Shown: positions 56,708 through 64,000 of the stretch, piece by piece
Layout: each line of letters starts with the position of its first letter
How positions within the stretch are numbered: position 1 is the stretch's first letter
Assembly: GCA_001799675.1 (NCBI GenBank)
Contig: MGTX01000001.1
Span: forward strand, 1,602-65,601
DNA length: 64,000 bases
Reading direction: 5' to 3'
From: Elusimicrobia bacterium GWA2_66_18
GTDB lineage: Bacteria; Elusimicrobiota; Elusimicrobia; UBA1565; UBA9628
Made by a program: the position numbers and the translations under genes
The notes under the pieces: generated by a model
Seen by the model: the letters and a program-made list of their open reading frames with translations, nothing else
Database searches by the model: none
What the model was told of the DNA's origin: nothing

Positions 56708-58009
56708 ATGTCCGATCAACCCTCCTACGACGCGATCGTAGTCGGGGCCGGCCCGGCCGGCCTGTCCGCCGCGATCGTGATGGCCCGCGCGGGCCTGAAA
56801 GTCGTCGTCCTCGAGCGGGGAGAGTATCCCGGCGCCAAGAACGTCCAGGGCGCGGTGCTGTACTCGAAGATGCTGCACGAGATCGTGCCCGAGTTCTGGA
56901 AGGGGGCCGATGCGCCCGTCGAGCGCCCGATCCTGGAGCAGAAGACCTGCATCATGACCGAGGACTCCTGCCTCACGGTCGGCTATAAATCCCAGAAATT
57001 CCTGGAAGGCATTCCGAACTGCTACACGATTATCCGCGTCCATTTCGACCAGTGGTACGCCAAGAAGGCCGAGGAGGCCGGCGCCGAGATATTCTGCGGC
57101 GTGATGGTCAGCGACGTGGTCAAGCAGGACGGACGGATCGCCGGCATCAAGACCTCCGACGGCGACGAACTGACCGCCCGCGTGGTCATCGCGTGCGACG
57201 GCGTCAACTCCATTATCGCGCAGAAGGCCGGCTTCCGCGCCGAGTTGAAGTCCTCCGAGGTCGCGCTCGGCGCCAAGGAGGTCATCGCTTTGGCCCCCGG
57301 CGTCATCGAGGACCGCTTCCAGCTCAATCCCGGCGAGGGGGCCACGATGGAGATGTTCGGCTCGATCTCGCTCGGAATGCTCGGCTACGCGTTCCTCTAC
57401 ACGAACCGGGAGTCGCTGTCGCTCGGCGTCGGCTGCAAGCTTTCCGACTACCAGAAGAAGGGACTGCGTCCCTGCGACCATCTCGAACACGTCAAGCAGC
57501 ATCCGCTGGTCAAGAAGCTGATCTCCGGCGGCAAGCTGCTCGAGTACTCCGCGCATCTGATCCCCGAAGGCGGTTACAAGTCCATGCCTCCCTTGGCGGC
57601 CGACGGCTTCCTGGTCGCGGGCGACGCGGCGCAGATGACCAACCCCGCCTACCGCGAGGGCTCGAACCTCGCGATGACCGCGGGCAGGCTCGCCGGCGAG
57701 ACCGTCATCGAGGCCAAGAAGAAGGGCGACTTTACGCAGGCGGCGCTCTCGGCGTACAAGAACAAGCTCGAGGCGTCCTACGTGCTCCGCGACATGGAGG
57801 ACATCATGGACCTCGAGGAGCACGTGGAAAACTCCCCGGGCTTCCTCGAGTTCTATCCGAAGCTGGCCTGCGAGCTGGCGCACCTGCGCTTCTCGGCCGA
57901 CGGCGCGCCCAAACGCGACCATTGGAAGAAGGCGATCGGCATGATCGGCCGGCGCGGTTTCCTGCGCGTCGCCAAGGACCTGTTTCCCTTGAGAAAGGTG
58001 GCCATCTAA
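56708..58009 (+). CDS. fixC: FixC-type FAD-dependent oxidoreductase (ETF-quinone-oxidoreductase-like)
   Basis: ..YDAIVVGAGPAGLSAAIVMARAGLKVVVLERGEYPGAKNVQG.., ..RVVIACDGVNS.., followed by a fixX-like gene. Confidence 0.8.
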   Translation: MSDQPSYDAIVVGAGPAGLSAAIVMARAGLKVVVLERGEYPGAKNVQGAVLYSKMLHEIVPEFWKGADAPVERPILEQKTCIMTEDSCLTVGYKSQKFLEGIPNCYTIIRVHFDQWYAKKAEEAGAEIFCGVMVSDVVKQDGRIAGIKTSDGDELTARVVIACDGVNSIIAQKAGFRAELKSSEVALGAKEVIALAPGVIEDRFQLNPGEGATMEMFGSISLGMLGYAFLYTNRESLSLGVGCKLSDYQKKGLRPCDHLEHVKQHPLVKKLISGGKLLEYSAHLIPEGGYKSMPPLAADGFLVAGDAAQMTNPAYREGSNLAMTAGRLAGETVIEAKKKGDFTQAALSAYKNKLEASYVLRDMEDIMDLEEHVENSPGFLEFYPKLACELAHLRFSADGAPKRDHWKKAIGMIGRRGFLRVAKDLFPLRKVAI

Positions 58010-58318
58010 ATGGATATCAAGATCGAGACGACCGTCGAGGCCAAGCTCGGCACTTTGGAGTGGAAGAGGCAGCCGGATGCGAACATCCTGCTGCGCGATG
58101 CGGGCGCGTCCGCCCCCTGCGCGACCAAGTGCGCGGCCAAGACCTGCACCACGGTCTGCCCGGCCAAGGTCTACGAGTGGGAGGGCGCCCACGGCAAGAT
58201 CGTCGTCAACTACGAGAACTGCATCGAATGCGGCGCCTGCCGCATGCTTTGCCCCTTCGACAACATCAACTGCGAGTGGCCCGGCGGCGGCATGGGCGTC
58301 AAGTACAAGTACGGCTGA
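58010..58318 (+). CDS. fixX: FixX ferredoxin-like protein
   Basis: 102 aa with CxxC..C and a 4Fe-4S-like CIECGACRMLCP motif. Confidence 0.75.
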   Translation: MDIKIETTVEAKLGTLEWKRQPDANILLRDAGASAPCATKCAAKTCTTVCPAKVYEWEGAHGKIVVNYENCIECGACRMLCPFDNINCEWPGGGMGVKYKYG

Positions 58319-58341
58319 GCGCCGGCTCGAGCCCGCTCAGC
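58314..58341. terminator. Possible bidirectional hairpin between convergent fixX and the His-rich microprotein gene
   Basis: GCTGAGCG..(palindromic GGCTCGAGCC loop region)..CGCTCAGC. No clear U-tract. Confidence 0.2.
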
Positions 58342-58549
58342 GCTTGGGTTGGTGAGGGTGGCGCCCGTGGTTGTCGTGATGCCCGTGGTCGCCGTGCTTG
58401 GAAGATTTTTTAGCCTTATGGCACGCGTAGTGGTGGCGGCAGAGCAGATAGACGACCGTGCACGCGGCCGCGATGACGCCGGCCAGCATGACCAGCGCCA
58501 GCAAGGAGTTGATGTCCTTTAATTCACGAGGCATCAGCGCGATGTTCAT
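58337..58549 (-). CDS. Small membrane protein with His-rich C-terminal tail (translationally coupled to the ABC ATPase)
   Basis: 70 aa. TM (LLALVMLAGVIAAACTVVYLL), then ..HHYACHKAKKSSKHGDHGHHDNHGRHPHQPKR. ATG overlaps the upstream TGA (ATGA). Confidence 0.45.
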   Translation of the reverse strand: MNIALMPRELKDINSLLALVMLAGVIAAACTVVYLLCRHHYACHKAKKSSKHGDHGHHDNHGRHPHQPKR

Positions 58550-59880
58550 TTCAGGTCCCTCACGGTGAGCAGACCCGAGTTCTCGTCATAGTCGAACAGC
58601 TTGCCGTAGCGCGCCCAGCGCACGAGGGTCTTGAAGACCTTCTCCGAGTTCTCGTGCGGCACCCGCAGGGCGATGGTCTCGAGCACGTCCGCGCGGTCGA
58701 CGGCGCGGTTCTCTCGACGCAAGGCGTAGTCGTGGACCTCGCGGAAGAGGCGCAAATCGAGCAGGGCCAAGCGCCAAACGGCCTTGCGCTCGGCGGGGGA
58801 GGCCTTCACGAACGCTCGGCCGCGCTCGGTCATGACCACGGTTTGCTTGGGCGTGTCCACGAAGGCCAGCAGTTCGGCGGCCTTGACCACGGTGATGACC
58901 TTGCCGAATTCCTGGTCGGTCTCGGCCGCGACGCGGAAAATATTGTCCTGGCCTCCGCGGGCGTCGAGATACTCGAGCAGGCCCGTGATCTCCGAGGTGG
59001 AGGCGTTCGGGAGGGGTTCGGCGTTGAGGGCGCGCACCGGGACCGTCTGGGCGGCAGGCGCCTCGGGCGTCGTAGTGGCCGGGACGGCCTCGTCCGGCAT
59101 CTCGGCGCCGGTGATGATCTCGTGAAGCCGGTCGACCAGGGCGAGGAAATCAGGGGCGCGGTAGTCGCGCGGGCGAGGGAGCTTGTTCTCCACGATGGTG
59201 CGAATCTTGCCGGGGTTGGCCGCCAGCACGACGATGCGGTCGGCCATGTAGACGACTTCCTTGATGTCGTGGCTGACCATGACGATGGAGGAGGGGTTGC
59301 GGTCGCGCGCGGCCCAGATGTCGAGGACCTCGGCGCGCAGGGACTCGGCGGTCAGGGCGTCGACCTGGCTGAAGGGCTCGTCGAGGAAGAGCATCTCGGG
59401 GTTGATGGAGAGCGCCCGCGCGATGCCGACGCGTTGCTTCATTCCGCCGGAGAGCTCGCGCGGGTAGGCGCCCTCGAAGCCGGCCAGACCGACGGTCTTG
59501 ATGGTGGCTTCAGCGCGCTTGGCCACTTCCTCCGGGGACAGGCCCAACGAGCGCAGGACCACGGAGACGTTCTCGCTGACCGTCATCCAGGGAAACAGGG
59601 CGAAGCTCTGGAAAACGATGCCGACTCCCGGGTTGAGACCCGTGAGGGGCCGGCCGTGGTAGAACACTTCGCCGCGCACGGGAGGCGTGAGCCCCGCCAG
59701 GGCGCGCAGGAGAGTGGATTTTCCGCAGCCGGAGGGACCGAGGAGCGCGATCACCTCGGCTGGACGCACCGCCAGGCTCACGTCCTGGAGCACGGTCAGG
59801 GGTTGGCCGTTGGGCTGGGGAAAAACCTGCCAGACCCCGCGGGCCTCGCAGAGGGTGGGCGTCGTGATGAGGGTCTCCAT
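58546..59880 (-). CDS. ABC transporter ATP-binding protein (NitT/TauT-like) with ~190-aa C-terminal extension
   Basis: Walker A GPSGCGKST, signature LSGGMKQR, Walker B LFLDEPFS, H-loop VSHD. The C-terminal 190 aa have no recognisable family. Confidence 0.8.
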   Translation of the reverse strand: METLITTPTLCEARGVWQVFPQPNGQPLTVLQDVSLAVRPAEVIALLGPSGCGKSTLLRALAGLTPPVRGEVFYHGRPLTGLNPGVGIVFQSFALFPWMTVSENVSVVLRSLGLSPEEVAKRAEATIKTVGLAGFEGAYPRELSGGMKQRVGIARALSINPEMLFLDEPFSQVDALTAESLRAEVLDIWAARDRNPSSIVMVSHDIKEVVYMADRIVVLAANPGKIRTIVENKLPRPRDYRAPDFLALVDRLHEIITGAEMPDEAVPATTTPEAPAAQTVPVRALNAEPLPNASTSEITGLLEYLDARGGQDNIFRVAAETDQEFGKVITVVKAAELLAFVDTPKQTVVMTERGRAFVKASPAERKAVWRLALLDLRLFREVHDYALRRENRAVDRADVLETIALRVPHENSEKVFKTLVRWARYGKLFDYDENSGLLTVRDLK

Positions 59881-59890
59881 GTCTCTCCTT

Positions 59891-61609
59891 TCAGCGGTTC
59901 AGCGAGAATCGGCGCTCGGCGAGCGCGTAGAGGCGGCGCCAGACCGCGCGGTTGAACAGGACGACGAGCGCGGACATCGTCACGACGCTCGCCGCCAGGG
60001 TGGGAAAGTCGGCCTTCTCGGCGGCGAGGCTGATCTGCGCGCCCAGTCCGTGGGCGGCCATGACCTCGCCTTTGAATGTGACATATTCGGCCACGATGCT
60101 GGCGTTCCAGGCTCCGCCTGCGGCCGTCACCCAGCCCGTCACCAGATAAGTGAAGACGGCGGGGCCGTACACGCCGCGCAAGCGCTCCCAACGGGTCAGT
60201 CGGTACGCTTTCGCGGCTTCCAGGAGGTCGGCGGGGATGGCCATGGCCCCGGCGATGACGTTGAAGAGGATGTACCACTGCGTGCCGAGGAGCATGAGAA
60301 GCACGCTGCCCCAGCCAAGGCCCACGCCCAGCGCGCGCAGGGCCGCGATGACCGCCGGGAAGAGCATGGGCGCCGGGAAGGAGGCCACGACCTGTACCAC
60401 CGGCTGGAACACCCGCGATAGGCGCGGCGACAGACCGATGGCCAGGCCCGCGGGGAGGGCCCAAAGCGTTCCCAGCATGGTCGAGAGGAGCACGCGGCCG
60501 AGAGTCCAGCCGGCCGAGCCGAGTATCGCTCTCCAGTGCAGGGCCGGGACCATGCGCAGGATCGCGCAGATCCTCCACACGCCCGCGCCCAGCAGCGCGA
60601 TCAGCAATAAGAAAAGCAGGCGCGAGACCCAGGCGGCCTTGCCCTCGCAGGCGGACGAGGATGAGGCGTCCGGCCGAGAGACGGGGTCCTTCGGGATGAG
60701 CCGCCGCAGGAACCGGAAGACGAGGGGCAGGAGTCCCGAGCGGCGCAGCAGGGAGAGAAACCAGGAGGTCGGCGTCTCGCGCGCGCCCGAGTCCTCGGCG
60801 CGGAACTTCTGCGCCCAGACCACCACCGGGCGCCAGAGGAGTTGGTCGAGGGCGACGATCATCAGGCTCATGGCCGCCGCGGCGAAGGCCATGGCGCGCA
60901 CGTCGCCCTTCGCGGTCGCGGCGGCCATGTAGGAGCCCAGCCCCGGCAGGCGGTAGTCCTTGTCGCCCAAGACGAAGCTCTCGCTGATCATCAGGAAAAA
61001 CCAGCCTCCCGCCATGCTCATCATGCTGTTCCAGATGAGGCTCATGGAGGAGTAAGGAAGCTCCAGGCGCAGGAAGCGGCGCTTCCAGTCGAAGCGGTAG
61101 ACTGTCGCGACCTCGACCAAATCGGGCGGCAGGGCCTTGAGGGACTGATAGAAGCTGAAGGTCATGTTCCAGGCCTGGCCGGTGAAGATCATCAGGACCG
61201 CGGCCAGTTCCAGGCCCATGTTGCTCGACGGAAACAGCATCACCAGGGCGAGGACCAAGCCGGGCATGAAGCCCAGGACCGGCACGCTCTGGAGGATATC
61301 GAGCAGGGGCACCAGGATTTTCTCGGCCAGGGCGTCCTTGGCCGCCCAATAGCCGTAGACCAGAGTGAACAGGAGCGAGAAGCAGTAGGCGATGATGCCG
61401 CGTGAGAGGGAGAAGAACGCGTACTTCGGCAAGGCCCAAGGCGAGAGTTGTATGTCCACGCTTGGTCTCAATTTGTGGGTCCATTCGCCGCCGAGCGAGA
61501 GGATTGCAAAGACGAGCCCGACGACGGAGCCCAGCAGCACGAGGTCCACGGCCGCGGCCATCGGGGCGCGGCGCCAACGCAGGAGCACTCGATAGAGGGA
61601 CGAAGTCAT
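59891..61609 (-). CDS. ABC transporter permease, two fused transmembrane domains (NitT/TauT-like)
   Basis: 572 aa, about 12 TM helices, internally duplicated, with a central loop. Confidence 0.7.
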   Translation of the reverse strand: MTSSLYRVLLRWRRAPMAAAVDLVLLGSVVGLVFAILSLGGEWTHKLRPSVDIQLSPWALPKYAFFSLSRGIIAYCFSLLFTLVYGYWAAKDALAEKILVPLLDILQSVPVLGFMPGLVLALVMLFPSSNMGLELAAVLMIFTGQAWNMTFSFYQSLKALPPDLVEVATVYRFDWKRRFLRLELPYSSMSLIWNSMMSMAGGWFFLMISESFVLGDKDYRLPGLGSYMAAATAKGDVRAMAFAAAAMSLMIVALDQLLWRPVVVWAQKFRAEDSGARETPTSWFLSLLRRSGLLPLVFRFLRRLIPKDPVSRPDASSSSACEGKAAWVSRLLFLLLIALLGAGVWRICAILRMVPALHWRAILGSAGWTLGRVLLSTMLGTLWALPAGLAIGLSPRLSRVFQPVVQVVASFPAPMLFPAVIAALRALGVGLGWGSVLLMLLGTQWYILFNVIAGAMAIPADLLEAAKAYRLTRWERLRGVYGPAVFTYLVTGWVTAAGGAWNASIVAEYVTFKGEVMAAHGLGAQISLAAEKADFPTLAASVVTMSALVVLFNRAVWRRLYALAERRFSLNR

Positions 61610-61610
61610 C

Positions 61611-62912
61611 TCAGAAGGAGTAGTTGATGTCCATGAAGACGGCGAGGCCTTCGCGGCCGACGCCGAAGTCGACGGATCCGACGACCTGGGGCTTGGCCAC
61701 GGCGCGCATGGCGGCGCCGACGACGGGGCGGACGTACTTCGCCGCGGCGCGTCCGGGGTTGTCGAAGGCCGTGCCCGCGCCGACGAAGGGGGCGAGTTGG
61801 AATTGGGTCGTGACCCCCGCCATCCGGCTTTCGAATAGATTGAAACGCTGCTCCATATTGACCGTTGCCACGCCTCGGTCGATGTAGCGCCCCTCGCCGT
61901 AGGCGCGCAGGTTGTATTTGCCGCCGAGCTTGGGCATGATCCAGAAGGGAGGCGTCGGGCCGAGGAGCTGCTCGTAGCGGGCTTGGACCGCGAAGACTCT
62001 GCCGTCGCCGGAGGACCAGGGCTTGTACCAGCGGGCGTCCAGGCCGTAGCGGCTGTAGTCGTAGGCGCTGGCGAAGCCGTGGAAGGCGCGCTCGGCGTAG
62101 ATCTGCGCGTAGGCGCCGCGGCTGGTGGTCACGCCGTGGTCGCGGGCGTCGTAGTCGAGACTGAGACGGTGTTCGTTGGTCTGCTGGCGGCCGCGCGCGA
62201 GCTGGGCCGGGTAGGCGGCGGTGAAGAGAGGCAGGTTCGGCAGGGGGCCGTCCAGGATACGGTCGGACTGGAGGTGCTCGGTCAGTCTTAATCGCCAGGC
62301 CGAGCCCTGGAGCAAGGGCATCCCGACGCCGGCTTTGTATTGGAAGTACTCTTCTTTGTAGTTGGCTTCGCCTTTCTTGGGCGCGTCGGGACCAAAGCCG
62401 TAGAAGCGTTGGCCCGCGTCCACATTGTACTGCAGGCGCGCGTAGACGTCGTAGTCGCTGCCGAGGATGCTGCCGTCTTCGTATTGGCCCAGGACCTCGC
62501 GCTCGTACTTGGACCAGGAGCCGCGCAGGGTGAGGCTGGCGTCTTCCTGAGGGTAATAATAATAGCGGTAGGTCGGAATGATGCTGAAGTTGTCGTTGTA
62601 GGTCAGCGAGGGGGCGTGGATCTGCTCGATGCGGTCGTCCTTTGCGCCTTGGATCACCCAAATGGGCATGACTCCCGCCGTGATGCCGCGGTTGGGGTCG
62701 GTGTCGATGATGGGAAGACGGATGAACATGCCGCGCCGCAGGGGCCGGATCATCCAGCGCACGATCCAGGGGGTCGCATCCTCCGCGGGGGCCTGCCGGA
62801 CTTCCTCGGGGAAGGCGCGGGAAGGCACGCTCTCCAAGTCCTTGGGCTCGTCGGCGCGGGCCGCCCCGCATGCGGCCGCTAAGAGGAAAGCGAGGACTGT
62901 TCGACGCAGCAT
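61611..62912 (-). CDS. Outer-membrane beta-barrel protein, hypothetical (first gene of the ABC operon)
   Basis: Signal peptide MLRRTVLAFLLAAACGAARA. Alternating amphipathic strands rich in Y/G. C-terminal ..INYSF aromatic terminus typical of OMPs. Confidence 0.5.
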   Translation of the reverse strand: MLRRTVLAFLLAAACGAARADEPKDLESVPSRAFPEEVRQAPAEDATPWIVRWMIRPLRRGMFIRLPIIDTDPNRGITAGVMPIWVIQGAKDDRIEQIHAPSLTYNDNFSIIPTYRYYYYPQEDASLTLRGSWSKYEREVLGQYEDGSILGSDYDVYARLQYNVDAGQRFYGFGPDAPKKGEANYKEEYFQYKAGVGMPLLQGSAWRLRLTEHLQSDRILDGPLPNLPLFTAAYPAQLARGRQQTNEHRLSLDYDARDHGVTTSRGAYAQIYAERAFHGFASAYDYSRYGLDARWYKPWSSGDGRVFAVQARYEQLLGPTPPFWIMPKLGGKYNLRAYGEGRYIDRGVATVNMEQRFNLFESRMAGVTTQFQLAPFVGAGTAFDNPGRAAAKYVRPVVGAAMRAVAKPQVVGSVDFGVGREGLAVFMDINYSF

Positions 62913-62936
62913 CGCGTCGAGTCTACCATTCCTTCC

Positions 62937-64000
62937 TCAGACGGGCAAACGGGCCAGGCTCCAGCGCGCCTGCTCGGAGAGAATCTTGTCGGGGTCGTCG
63001 GCGAAGAGCTCCAGAAGGGGGCGAAAGCGCGGCAGACCGGCGTTGCCCATCGCCAAGAGGACGTTGCGCAGGAGGCCTCTGCGCTTGGCCCGCGAGACGG
63101 GAAGATCACGGAAACGGCGGCGAAAAGATTCGGCGTCGAGTCCGGCCAGATACTCAAGAGGCATGACGAGAGGCTCGCTAGGCTCGGGCAGGCATCGACC
63201 GCGTTTTTCGAAGCGGTTCCAGGGGCAGACTTCCTGGCAGACGTCGCAGCCGAAGATCCGGTTGCCCACGCCGGGGCGCAGGGCTTCGGGAACGGGGCCG
63301 CGGTTCTCGATGGTGAGATAGGCGATGCACTTGGAGGCGTCGAGCACCCGCTCGCGCGCGAAGGCGTCCGTCGGACACGCGTCGAGACAGAGGCGGCAGG
63401 AGCCGCAATGGTCCGGCGCCGAGGAGTCGGCGGGAAGCTCGCGGTCCAGGGCCAGCCCCGCGATGAGGAAGTAGGTGCCCAGTCTCGGGGCGATGAGCAT
63501 AGCGCTCTTGCCCTGCCAACCCAGGCCCGCGGACAGGGCGTAGGAACGTTCCAGGAGCGGGCTGGTGTCGCAGAAGGGCAGGCCGTCGGTTTGGGGGACG
63601 ACGGTACGGACCCAGTCGAGAAGAGACGCCATCTTGGCCTTCAATAGAGGATGATAATCCTCGCGCGCCGCGTAGCGCGCCAAGACTCCCTCTCCGGGGG
63701 CCGCCGCGCCGCGTTCGTCCGCCCCACCGTAGGAGAAGCCGCACATCAGCACCGAGCGCGCGGAAGGCAGCCACGCGCGGATGTCGCGGCGGCAGGCCTC
63801 GTTGCGGGCCATGTAGTCCATGGTCGCGTTCATTCCCGCCGAGACCCACTCATCGTAGGCCTCGGAGCCGGCGGCCGGCGCGGCCGCGGCGATGCCCGCC
63901 AGGTCGGCTCCGTCTTCGAGGGCGCGGCTCTTGAGGGCGGCGGCGAGTTCGGCGGGGCTCAGGCGGTGCGCACGACTTTCAGGATCTTGAAGGAGCGGGG
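62937..64000 (-). CDS. queG: Epoxyqueuosine reductase QueG (N-terminus beyond window end)
   Basis: ..GARSVLMCGFSY.., Cys clusters ..CGSCRLCLDACPT.. and ..CDVCQEVCPWN... The frame stays open upstream of the track Met to the window edge (..LKSRALEDGADLAGIAAAAP..). Confidence 0.8.
   Translation of the reverse strand, partial: PLLQDPESRAHRLSPAELAAALKSRALEDGADLAGIAAAAPAAGSEAYDEWVSAGMNATMDYMARNEACRRDIRAWLPSARSVLMCGFSYGGADERGAAAPGEGVLARYAAREDYHPLLKAKMASLLDWVRTVVPQTDGLPFCDTSPLLERSYALSAGLGWQGKSAMLIAPRLGTYFLIAGLALDRELPADSSAPDHCGSCRLCLDACPTDAFARERVLDASKCIAYLTIENRGPVPEALRPGVGNRIFGCDVCQEVCPWNRFEKRGRCLPEPSEPLVMPLEYLAGLDAESFRRRFRDLPVSRAKRRGLLRNVLLAMGNAGLPRFRPLLELFADDPDKILSEQARWSLARLPV

Overview
This is a 64 kb, high-GC (roughly 68-70%) bacterial chromosomal segment, apparently from a diderm organism. 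Coding is dense on both strands, and the many long antisense ORFs in the track are GC-frame artefacts.

Left edge (1-2.2 kb): an integration hotspot. The C-terminal end of a large serine recombinase runs off the window start and abuts the 3' end of a minus-strand tRNA-Asp(GTC). A degenerate fragment of a second serine recombinase lies on the other strand, followed by tRNA-Val(TAC).

Next: a SulP/STAS anion transporter fused to a cyclic-nucleotide-binding domain, then an IS1380/IS4-like insertion sequence with perfect 16-bp inverted repeats.

6.7-18.3 kb: a sensor histidine kinase, bioY, and a Ser/Thr signalling trio (CHASE2 kinase, PP2C phosphatase, tandem-FHA protein) sitting directly upstream of korAB and sucCD. 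A perfect 30-bp-stem hairpin lies between the phosphatase and FHA genes.

19.1-27.9 kb, the most unusual locus: a co-directional cluster encoding
- a FadL-like outer-membrane beta-barrel fused to TPRs,
- a FliF-like membrane/periplasmic protein fused to a clearly FliG-like torque domain plus TPRs,
- an 819-aa coiled-coil protein with a polyproline head and a 300-bp internal tandem duplication,
- FlbD, MotA, MotB,
- a lipoprotein.
This is a flagellar rotor/stator-derived module with no rod, hook, filament or export genes nearby.

Remainder: housekeeping genes (cysteine desulfurase-mnmA, glpD, PBP1A, alr, hemC, mfd, two SurA-like PPIases-pdxA), two tandem TPR-Ser/Thr kinases plus a distant pseudokinase remnant, tmRNA (ssrA), two overlapping GGDEF cyclases, sppA, nnrE, cyclophilin, hemerythrin, tilS, a CheY-like receiver, fixCX. 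At the right end is a minus-strand operon: outer-membrane barrel, fused ABC permease, ABC ATPase with a C-terminal extension, and a His-rich microprotein, with no substrate-binding protein. queG runs off the window end.

A recurrent promoter-like motif TTGACA-N17/18-TACACT precedes several operons. No CRISPR array was seen.
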